Shown: piece after piece, positions 53,518-64,000 of the stretch | How the letters are laid out: each line of letters starts with the position of its first letter | Position numbering within the stretch: the stretch's first letter is position 1 | Origin: Octopus bimaculoides | Taxonomy: Eukaryota | DNA length: 64,000 bases | Reading direction: 5' to 3' | Assembly (NCBI RefSeq): GCF_001194135.2 | Contig: NC_068993.1 | Location: 63,600,492-63,664,491 of the forward strand | Notes under the pieces: model-generated | Databases searched by the model: none | Told to the model about the DNA's origin: nothing | What the model saw: the letters and a program-made list of their open reading frames with translations, nothing else | Position numbers and translations under genes: made by a program

Positions 53518-54100
53518 TCATCATCATCATCATCGTTTAACNNNNNNNNNNNNNNNNNNNNNNNNNNNNNNNNNNNNNNNNNNNNNNNNNNNNNNNNNNN
53601 NNNNNNNNNNNNNNNNNNNNNNNNNNNNNNNNNNNNNNNNNNNNNNNNNNNNNNNNNNNNNNNNNNNNNNNNNNNNNNNNNNNNNNNNNNNNNNNNNNNN
53701 NNNNNNNNNNNNNNNNNNNNNNNNNNNNNNNNNNNNNNNNNNNNNNNNNNNNNNNNNNNNNNNNNNNNNNNNNNNNNNNNNNNNNNNNNNNNNNNNNNNN
53801 NNNNNNNNNNNNNNNNNNNNNNNNNNNNNNNNNNNNNNNNNNNNNNNNNNNNNNNNNNNGGTGCATCTCATGTGCCACCCGCACAAGAACCAGTCCAGGG
53901 GCACTGGCAACGATCTTACTTGGCTTGCCGGGTCTTCTCACGCACAGCCCATTTCCAAAGGTCTCGGTCCGTAGTCATCGCCTCGGTGAGGCCCAATGTA
54001 CGAAGGTCTTGCCTCACCACCTCAGCCCAGGTCTTCCTGGGCCTACCTCTTCCACGGGTTCCCTCAACTGTTAGGGTGTGGCACTTTTTCACGCAGCTAT
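53514..54100 (-). mobile_element. RTE-clade LINE 3' end in intron 7 (middle hidden by a gap)
   Basis: CVKKCHTLTVEGTRGRGRPRKTWAEVVRQDLRTLGLTEAMTTDRDLWKWAVREKTRQAK* is a typical RTE C-terminus; (GAT)n tail abuts (TA)n. Confidence 0.85.
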
Positions 54101-55410
54101 ATATATAAGTGGTTTTGGGGAAAAGGTTTTGGTTTAAAATTGAGAGAACTTTACCAAATATGACAAGTGTAAAAAGCCCCAGAGAATACAACAGCCAGAA
54201 TGTAATGATAGCCAGCAAGATGAGAGGAAGAGCACTTTGTATACATCAAGACATAGCTGTGATCATTCTTTTGCTCAGCAATCCAGACAATGCTTAATTG
54301 CACGAGTAATAGAAAAATAAAGAGAAATAGCACAAATGTAAATAAAATGGCATCTGTGTGTTTGTGTTAAATATGCATTTTGCTCTCACACCGGGTCATT
54401 GTCTTAGTTTCCAATCACAATCCCAGATCAAGTTACTTAGCAAACAAGTAAACTCTGGAATTCTATGTAGCAGCACGTTTCCAGAAGCTTCTTATAAATA
54501 GACTTTTTGGAGGACACCAACGAGAAACTCTGTACGGAAATGTATCAGAGCTGCTGCAGTTCTTCTCAGGATTAGTGTCAGCTGCTGTCTGCAAAATGGT
54601 TTTGGTTTATTTTAGCAATTAGCACCAGTAACGAGGAAAGAGTTTGAAATATATAGGTGCAGATGTGACTGTGTGGTAAGAGGCTTGCTTCCCAACCACA
54701 TAGTTCTGGGTTCAGTCCCACTGCATGACACCTTGGGCATGTGTCTTCTGTTATAGCCTCAGTCATGGTCGAACATATGGGGTCATGATTGGTCATTAAT
54801 TTCCAGAAAAATTTTTATTTCTTTATCCTTTGAAGAGAGCAGAGATTGAAAGAGAAGAGAAAGTGAAAAGGCAACATTTGCTTTGAAGTGACAGCAGAAA
54901 GTGAAGGATGTATGGATGTGTGTGAGAGAGATGTGTGTTGTCGTGTATGTATTTGTTTGCATGTAAGTGGCACACACACACACGCACACATCTTTCATAT
55001 ACACGTACATAAATACATGTGCATACATTTTTTTTGTGTGTATGTATGTGGGAGAAAGAGTGAGTGTATTTCTTTATGACATATACAGAAATGGAGGTCT
55101 TTTAATGAAACCGTTTTGGTTGTGGCTTATTTTAATACCATATTTATGTGTACAGTTTCATAAATGTTTGTCCGAGTAGAATTCTATGCATGCGTTAAAC
55201 ATTGGACGAAAGTGAAACATAGAAGCAAATCGAAATATTGCCTGAAAATGATCTGAAAATTGTGTGACGCAACTTCATATCAGAGGGTTATTTTAGTAGT
55301 AAACAAGAGATGTTGTGCCAAAAACTGTTTATTTGGTTGCCGAAAGATTACTGAATCTCTTGATACTCCACACGTCAAAATCAGCAACTCACTTTTTGAA
55401 TGCTTAAAGA

Positions 55411-55447
<37 letters not shown>

Positions 55448-55484
55448 AACTCTCGTTATGATATATATATATATATATATATAT

Positions 55485-55666
55485 GTAAAGCACCCACTAC
55501 ACTCTCTGAGTGGTTGGCGTTAGGAAGGGCATCCAGCTGTAGAAACTCTGCCAAATTAGACTGGAGCCTGGTGTTGCCATCCGGTTTCACCAGTCCTCAG
55601 TCAAATCGTCCAACCCATGCTAGCATGGAAAGCGGATGTTAAACGATGATGATGATGATGATGATA
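55485..55666 (+). mobile_element. RTE-family 3' tail copy inserted in (TA)n
   Basis: GTAAAGCACCCACTACAC...CCCATGCTAGCATGGAAAGCGGATGTTAAAC(GAT)n with (TA)n on both sides. Confidence 0.82.
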
Positions 55667-56527
55667 TATATATATAATGTATATATAGATTGAGAGAGGT
55701 GGGGGCTGTAAATAAAAGACATTAAATGGGATATTTAATTTTCCAGCCAGCTAGTTTACAAAATGACATTAGTTTTGTGACTTGGGAGTTACTGTAATAA
55801 CTTTTTCTTTTTTAGTAACTATTGCTTCTAGTTTTAATAATAATAATAATAACAACAACAACAACACTATTGCCATCCCATTTCCTTCCAACTTAGTCTG
55901 CCCCAGTTATTACTGACCTTCACCTTTTTGCATTTAGTTATAGAACAAAGGACTCTAATACAAATATGTGTCTGTCTCTCTGTCTCTTTATCACTCTGTC
56001 TATCTCTGTCTATTTCTCTCTCTCTCTCTGTCTATCTATCTTTGTCTCTTTATCACTCTGTCTGTCTTTCTATACATCTCTATTTGTCTCTCTATCACTC
56101 TCTCTCTTGCTCTCTGTCTTTCCATATATACCTCTCTCTCTTTCTCTCCATCTGTCCAGTCATAGCTTCAGCTCTACACACACATATGGCCATATGAACA
56201 TGTGTATGCATGTGTGTGTGTGTGTGTATGGCTTCCTTTCCTCATTCCAGCCTTGTTGCACTCTGGCCTTTGGACATGTGGTCAAGTGACTTGCATTTCA
56301 ACTGTTTGGCTTTGGGGTTCAGTCCTACTGCAGGCTGCCTTGGCCAAATGTGTTCTTCTGTAGCCCATGGCTAACCAAAGCTCACTGCATGGGTTTGAGA
56401 GATGGAAACTGAAAGAAGCCTGTTATGTGTGTAAAGTGTATGTTCATTTGAAAACATTCAGTCATACCCAGGTGTAGGTATTCACAAAAATGTTTCTAAG
56501 AAACAAATTGTTAAGCGATAAATTGTC

Positions 56528-56880
56528 TAGGCATGGCTGTGTGATAAAACCACATGGTTCCAGGTTCAGTCCCGCTACATAGCACCTTGGGCTGACCAAA
56601 GCCTTGTGAGTGGATTTGGTGAACAGAAACTGAAAAATCCCACCGTGTGTGTGTGTGTGTGTGTGTGTACATGTTTGTCCTTCACCACCACCACCGCTTG
56701 ACAACTGGTGTTGGCTGTGTTTACGTCCCTTCAACTTAGCGGTTTGGCAAAAGAAACCAATAGAGTAAGTACCCGTCTTAGAAAAGACAAAGTCAAGTGC
56801 TGAAGTTGATTGGTTTTGACTAAAAGTTCCCCAAGGCTATGCTGCAGCATGGGCTGCAGTCCAATGACTGAAACAAGTGG
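56528..56880 (+). mobile_element. SINE family B copy
   Basis: GGCATGGCTGTGTG...GGTTCAGTCCC...GTGAGTGGATTTGG...GCTTGACAACTGG...CAGTCCAATGACTGAAACAAGT. Head-only copies at about 54655-54770 and 56280-56430. Confidence 0.78.
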
Positions 56881-57411
56881 CAAGACGTTGATAGGAACGG
56901 CAAGTGTCTGGTTGGTCTGGCTGTGCCATCTCTGTACTCTTAGGAAACACTTAATCACATTCTCAATATTAATTTCAATGACAAGGAATAATTGCGGAAA
57001 ATGTAAAATGCAGAAAATCAACCATTGATAAGTGCTTTCTTTTTTTTTTTTTTTTCTTTTCTTGTTTTTAATCAGAGGTAACCAATTAAGTAACATTTAA
57101 TGCTGGAATAAAATTACAAATCTCATTTTATTTCAATTATTAACAAACCTACAATGGATCAACTTTAAAGTAATGATCCTGATGATGATGATGATGATGT
57201 TATTTTTGAAATTTTTTTCATTCTCTGTTTGTATTGTTTGTTTTCTGTTTTTGTTTTCAAATGAATTTGAATTATTAATCGCATGTCTAGAGAATCCTCT
57301 TTGCATCGCATGGATACCTAATATTTTTTATCAGCTCATTCATATTCCTTTTGTTTTCCATTGTTGTTGTTGTTATTTTTATTATTATCATAATAATAAT
57401 TATTATTATTG

Positions 57412-57452
<41 letters not shown>

Positions 57453-59004
57453 TTTATTAATTTTATTAATTTTTTTTTTGTGGTGTCTGCAACATTTTTG
57501 CTCATAAGTTTTGTTTTATTTTAACCATTTTCTAAAGATTTCTATTCAAAGTGCCTTGATGCCTTGATGTGTGTCTGTCACTTCAGCAGCTACGACACAA
57601 TTGTTGCTGCTTGGTTCCATTATAGTTTTTTTGTCCTTTATGCAAGAATTTGTGATTTATGTTGCAACATTTGCCCATTTTTTTAAAAATATTAAGAAAG
57701 TATTGCAAAAAGTCAGGAAAGTGAAATGCCTCCCCACCTTTAGAACAAGTCACTCCCAGTGTTGTAAAACAATATCAACAACAACAACAACAACAACAAC
57801 AATTAAACAAAATAAATTAAAACAATAACAATGAAAACAAAGGCAGCAGCAACTGAGAATGAAGATGAGAAAACTAAAATAAGATTGTTCATTCAACACA
57901 CCTCCACACCTCAGTGCCACCTTCACCACCATCACCACCATCTAACCTCAACACAAAAATGAAGACACTACAATATCTATGTCTTGAAGATACCAACTGG
58001 ATTTCCTGGATGTGTCACTGTCGATAGGGACAATTGCATTGAGTCACCCTGATCTGTCAACCAGTGGCTATGGATAGCATAGGATGTCTGCAATTTAAAA
58101 TCGTCAGAGCTAATCAGACCCTAAATTCGTGATCTGTTATGGTCGACCTCGATAGGGTCTGTGGGCAGGGACCTGGAATCTGAATGAGTTGCTCCTGGTG
58201 CACCAGGCTTACAGAGGCCGGATTAGCGAACAAGTGGAGCAGGCATTGACAGGGGCACTCATTAACAACAAGTGGTGGTATGCTGTCACTAAAAAAAGAG
58301 TGATTCAGTCAGGATGCTGTGATAGAAGGAATTAGATTAGGGAAAGAGAGAGAGAGTTAGAAAGTTGGAGATGCTTAAGAAATGCATTGCAACTAACAGA
58401 CTTGCAGTGAAATTGGTGTTTGACCAGTTCTTCAACGAAGGCTTCATTGTCAGAGCTAAGGCTCTAACATAGAAGGAAACAAAAACTGTCTGATGAACCC
58501 AAGTGGCAAAGCTACAATTTGGTTTTTCACTGATTATGGTGGGTACGTGTTACTCAAACTCAAGTAGCTGTGTGTTCAACTGTTTGGGACAAATGGCTGG
58601 CTTGATTGCAGAATGCGCTTCAGTGCCTACCTTGATGGCCTACGACAGCTTTGGATGAGAGAGGCAGTGTAGCCTGAAGTTATGTCCCTTTACACGCCAC
58701 TACCAAGTGTGTATGCAGTTATGTCCCTTTACATAAGTTCTAATGAAGCTGCGGTTGATTTGGTCTCAATTCATAAAATCGTTAATGTCAAAGGAAATCC
58801 GGTATTTGGCTTCTTACATTCTGAGTTCAAATCCGTCCGAGGTCAACTCTTGAGATTGCCGGTGAGAGTGTCACGATGCTGCAAGAGAAAGACGTCACAG
58901 GGCAGCGTCTACCTCAGTCCAGGCAACACCGCTCTGACATCTGTGGCTGCCTGTCTGCTTCCAGCTTTGGACTGTGGCGTACAAAAAGAAGATTGACTTG
59001 GTGC

Positions 59005-59190
59005 AACAGATGAACTGGTGGGAGAGGCTGGAAGAACTGAGACTCTACTCCTGAGAGAGAAGATGCCAAAAATATTTTATATGGAAGATCCTGGAAGGTC
59101 TGGCACCCAACTTTGGAATTGAAAGTTACACCAACCACTAAACTAGATATGTCATTGTGTAGTACTAAAGAACTATATGTTCCACTTGAG
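59005..59190 (+). mobile_element. CR1-group LINE 3' fragment
   Basis: MNWWERLEELRLYS*ERRCQKYFIWKILEGLAPNFGI resembles the YxERL..L.LYSLERRR...WKILEGL motif. Confidence 0.65.
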
Positions 59191-59207
59191 AAAGTTCCAT
59201 GTATGTG

Positions 59208-59241
<34 letters not shown>

Positions 59242-60491
59242 TGAATGTTTTGTGTGTCAGTTGTTTGTAGAGATCATTACATACATTTACTTCAAATGTA
59301 ATTTGTATGAAAGAATTTTATTGTTTTCTGAATGTATTTGTATTTTGCCAGTTATATTCATCTCTGTTTGTGGACCATTTTTGACTTTCGAACTAATCAT
59401 TGAGTTTGTACTGATTATAATCTGTTTAACGAGTTCTGTGTTTGGCCTTTGTAAATCTACTCTTGTTGAAGTTCACATCACAACATATACACCATTGTCT
59501 CACACATACATAATTATACTAATATCATATATTGTTGTTTGTTTATATTATGGTATAAGAAACAGAAAAGTGCTTGGTAGAGCTTTATATTAGAAGCATA
59601 CAAACTCTTGTCATGTATGTTTGCCCTGTGTAGGGTAAACGGGGTTATTGTGAACAATAAACTCATTCTACTTGAACCACTTGTCAAAATCACCTCCAAA
59701 TCACCACCAACTGCTTTAAACAAAGAAAGACACATTGACACACAGTAGCTTGGGAATATGTGAAAGATAGGAAGAAAGTCTTTGATCATATTCTGATTCA
59801 AGGTTGGCTTTGAACCAAAACAGCAACAATTAGGGTACATTCTGGAATCTGGATGAGGTTTCACTCTTATAACAAAGCATTGGCCACTTCTGTTTTCAGA
59901 AATCTGATTCTGGTTACCTTATGTATGGCAAACATCTATACACATAGACTCACACACATTCAGGCATACACGTTATATGTATGCTTGAATGCATACAAAG
60001 TCTTCTTTTTATTTAGTTTGTGATCTAAAAATATGCAAGAGTCCATTACAAACAAGTATTAGAAGCTAATGTCTGAAATGTGTTTATACACGTGCTGAAT
60101 AAACAGAGATTACATTTCCTGTCCAAAGTAGGCTTTTTCCAGTCACTGGACACATTAGTGAATGGAAAAGAAAGAGACGAATGTTACCTGTGTTAGTGGT
60201 CACTGCATTGTTAGATAATTAGTGGCCTGTTCGTCACTCGTAGTCTTTTCTGTCTCTCTCTTAATGATGTATGCAGTTCCCAAAGAAAGAAATAAAGAAA
60301 AAAAAAGGGGGGGGGTTGCTTGAACGGAATCATGATCCAGCAATGTAATCTCTGTTTACACTGTTTTGTTCCAGTTGAAACCATTTAAATTCAAAGGTTT
60401 TTTTTTTATTTTGTGTATTTTTGCCCTAAATTAATTTTAGCCTTCAACTGCATATTCTGTAATTGAGCCCTGAATGTTTTTGCATTTGCAG

Positions 60492-60555
60492 CATTATATC
60501 CATGGTAGCAGCCAGGGCCAGTTTGTAGTGGAAACTTACTTAGTTATGTGCCTGA
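60492..60555 (+). CDS. TUSC3: TUSC3/MAGT1-like exon 8 (last coding exon found in the window)
   Basis: catttgcag| HYIHGSSQGQFVVETYLVMCL + 1 nt |gtatcctttt; 64 nt; YIHGSSQxQFVxE motif. Confidence 0.97.
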
Positions 60556-60565
60556 GTATCCTTTT
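60556..60565 (+). other. U12-type (minor spliceosome) 5' splice site
   Basis: GTATCCTTTT directly after exon 8 matches the U12 consensus RTATCCTTT. The matching 3' end was not found in the window. Confidence 0.8.
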
Positions 60566-60819
60566 AAGCAACTCTCCTCATCGCTCACTCCTTCTTCACA
60601 TTCTCACACTCTCTCTTTCTCCTTCTAATTGCTCTCTATTATTTCAGTCTTTTTTTCTTTTTTATATAATATTTATGCTTTTCTTTTCTTTTTTTTCTCT
60701 TCCATTCCACTCTGTGACGTACAAAAGCTCTTATTTCTTTCATCCTTCACAGGTTTTTTTGCTGGAATTCACTGCACCATTTTGTTTTCTCCAGTTGAAA
60801 TGTTTTCTATGCCACTGCA

Positions 60820-60886
<67 letters not shown>

Positions 60887-60924
60887 TATATATAAAAACA
60901 GATTTACTTTCTACTCCCCCCCCC

Positions 60925-61122
60925 CTTCTGGCAGTCGGCTGGCAGAATCATCTGAGCAGTATTTGTTCCAGCTCTTTATGTTCTGAGTTCAAATTCTGCT
61001 GTCAGCTTGACAACTTTACCCTTCATCTCTCAATAAAATAAAGTACCTGTTGAGTACTGGAGTTGGTCTTGGCTAAAGCCCCCCCCCCCCCCCGCTCAAA
61101 ATTGCATGTCTTGTACCTAAAT
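60925..61122 (+). mobile_element. SINE family A copy in intron 8
   Basis: GGCTGGCAGAATC...GTTCTGAGTTCAAATTCTG...AAATAAAGTACCTGTTGAGTACTGG...CAAAATTGC. Confidence 0.72.
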
Positions 61123-64000
61123 CAGAAACCATTTTTATTGTTGTTCTTGAATAAGAAATGTTTATTATTTAATACTTGTTCATTATCGGCAACAAAAGCG
61201 GAAAAAATGTTGTACGACTGTTATTGTGTTATCGAATATAATCAATGATATCTTTTATCAGGTGAGTACACTCACCTGAGCTGTAATTAATTATTTTCTT
61301 TTCATTGTTTTACTTTCATGCTTTCCTGAGTTGAACGATTTTGTTGTAGCAATTTACTTTTACAGCTGCTGGGACACAGGATGGGGTGGGATTTTATTAT
61401 CTCTAACGACTCAGCTATGAAGCAGGGAATGAAACCTGTTGGTCGTCAGTTAGTCACATAAATCTGAGTAATTAAAGAAGAAAAAACAAAACAAAAGAAG
61501 AAAGAATTCTGCATCGAACAAAACTACTTTACATCAATGAAACCCTTTGTCCATGGTGGTGAGACAATTCATTAGCCATTAGTTTGTCAAAAGACAATTT
61601 ATTGTCGGCATCCGACCTAGAATGTCTTCAGGTTCTTTTATTCTCTTGTTCTGGTTTCACTTTGTATTCTTTTAATTGTTTGCCTTTTATGGAAGGATGA
61701 GACTCTTTCCAGAATTCCTTTCCGTAACCTTTCCTTCTTTACATTACTCAACACATCCAGACACGAAGAGATTTATCCACAATTTTCAGTCTGCCAATGT
61801 ATCAGAGAACCAGTTGTGTTGATTCTTTCTTTGTTCGTTCACTTAGCATCTGTTTCACATGCTTGTATGGGTCAGATGAGAATTGATTTGAGGTAAGAAA
61901 ATGTGACTGGGTGACCTTCCTGCTGCCAACCCTCACCTGTTTTCCAGAGAAACGGTTTTTATATTTCAAAGGTCTTTGGGAGTGTAGAGCAACCAATCAT
62001 AAGGGCAACAAAGAATGTCAACATTACCACTGTTTCACTGAAATGCTGACAAGTGCAATATCAACATACATGCACAGCTGCATGCACACATGAGCTGAAT
62101 GCAGCTTTCTTTGTTTCCCAAAACACTTTGCCTTAGGTTCTGCACTGTGGGACTGAACCCAACGCTGCATGCTTATGAAATGAACTTCCGGATGACAAAG
62201 TTATGGTTCCCGAGTTCAGGTCCTGCTTGGGTGAATTTTCCTTTAATACACCTTGGGTTAATAGTACCAGACAAATACTGAGGTTTATGTAATCAACTGT
62301 TCTCCTGAAATTAATGAACTTTTAACCAATGCTAGACGAGACCATCATGAGTATTATTTTTTGGTTAAGTATTTCTATCTGAGCATCAGCCAAAGGGGCG
62401 GCCCCTCACGTTTGAGCGCTGGATTAGCTGTTTCGCTATGTCTAGTTTAGTACTCAAAAGATTTTAAGTAAAATCTCACTGAGTTAGAGATTTGGTTCTT
62501 AAAAATAGTTTCATAGATTGTGCAACAAGTTTTCTTTAATTTTACTTTGAATATAAATTTAATTTTGAAGGAAATCCTAATTTTAATTAAAAAAAAAAAA
62601 CGAACGAGAACATTTTTTTTTTTTGTTTCTATATTTAATTAAATGTAAATGTGGTGTATACCACTGAAAGGAAACCCTATTAATATAACATCCCAGAATC
62701 CGTAAGATTCTGAGATGAGTCAGTGAACCAGTTTTGGTCTCTAAGTTGTTACACATTTCATTCAAAATGCTTGTGTTCTTTGGGAATGGACATAATGTCT
62801 CTACTTAACCAAAGTAAAAGTTCCAACCGTATGAGAGAAAAAAAAAAATGCTTGTTTTCGTTTGTTTGTTGCTAATGTTAAAATAATAAAAAAAAAAGCA
62901 TTATTGTATTAATAACATTAAATTTGTAAGGTTTTAAAAACATGAAATTATTATTTTTGATGTTGTAAAAAAAATATTCAAACGTAATCACTAAAGTTTC
63001 TTTCTTTAATTTAATTTTCAACATAACTCTTTGAGTTAATTAAACCTTTTATGTTTTACCCACTTCCACCCCCACCCCAACTTCATTTCAAAGCTATTTT
63101 GCTAAATTGCCTTTAAAAAAAAAAAAATACAAAGAATTCTGGTGAAAAAGAATTGATTGATTATTTTATGTTTTGCCAACTAGTATTGATTTTTGTGTTT
63201 GTTTTGTGTTTCTGGAACAGGAAAGACTATTGGAGTGTTAATAGCATCGTGGCCATCACTGCCCATCATATATAAACAGCCAGCTGTGTGTGTGTGTGTG
63301 TTTCTGCTTCCTCTCACCAATGCCTAGTTTTTACCACTTACGAAGCCTGTTATTCTTTTCAGTAATTTCCAGAGTCGACCCTGGTTGAAGCCATTCTTGT
63401 GTGATTTTGTTTCTGTAACGATATATGCCTGTTTATCTGATGGAGTGTCTCGTTATATAAATATATATGTATATCTCCACCACTTTGTAGTAGCAATTCT
63501 CTCCTAAGCAGCCAGCGATGATGATGATTCTTGCTCTTAGCAGCGGCCCCTTGGTTTCTCTTGATCGTTCCTTCTTTTAACTGACATGAGCTGTAAGCAA
63601 AAGCCATCCTGTGTAGCATGTGAAGAATTTTGTCATCTTTTACCACAAAATGGATTTGATGTTCAACATGTCATTTGGCTGTTATCATCATCTCCATCAT
63701 TATCTCATCTCTCACGAATTTTGAATCAAATGACGTTTAAAAAATGTGGCTTATTATTGTGCAAGCAAATTATATTCCAACAGCATTCAATTTTTCAGGT
63801 TAGTCTGGCAGTTAATTTTTTGAGAGATTATAACAGCTCCAGAGTTTTGAAATTTTCTCCCTTGTTTGGCATGAAAATGGAAGATAAGTTATTAAATGCT
63901 CAAATAATTGAAAAACTCAGACATCACATAGAGTTTTGGTATCCATATCACTAGTCTTTCTACATTTTCTTTTACAAACTGATTTTATTGGGTAGAGCGT

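Noticed and set aside
60556-64000. Exon 9 of the TUSC3-like gene
   Set aside because: No AG-preceded segment gives the expected NAAI..G..LL.EA-like peptide; probably beyond the window.

Overview
AT-rich, microsatellite- and SINE-dense eukaryotic genomic DNA with 10 N gaps. The repeat landscape looks like an octopus (coleoid cephalopod) scaffold; this is an inference. One protein-coding gene is well supported: a + strand OST3/OST6-family gene (TUSC3/MAGT1-like oligosaccharyltransferase subunit) with 8 coding exons read by hand (24572-24685, 43116-43285, 44213-44330, 47949-48031, 50880-50937, 51438-51578, 51879-51968, 60492-60555). They splice in frame to 279 codons: signal peptide, thioredoxin-like domain with CTVC, and the first membrane segments. 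I did not find the last exons, so they probably lie beyond the window. The rest is decayed mobile DNA (mariner, CR1-group and RTE LINE pieces, a HERO/R2-like remnant, several SINE families, a MITE) and simple repeats. Almost all listed ORFs are microsatellite or gap artefacts. I found no convincing novel biological system. The best observations are a U12-type donor after exon 8, an intron apparently absent from the human gene, a back-to-back RTE pair joined at an inverted microhomology, and SINE copies that record an unmethylated promoter zone. Exon coordinates are exact; repeat boundaries are approximate.
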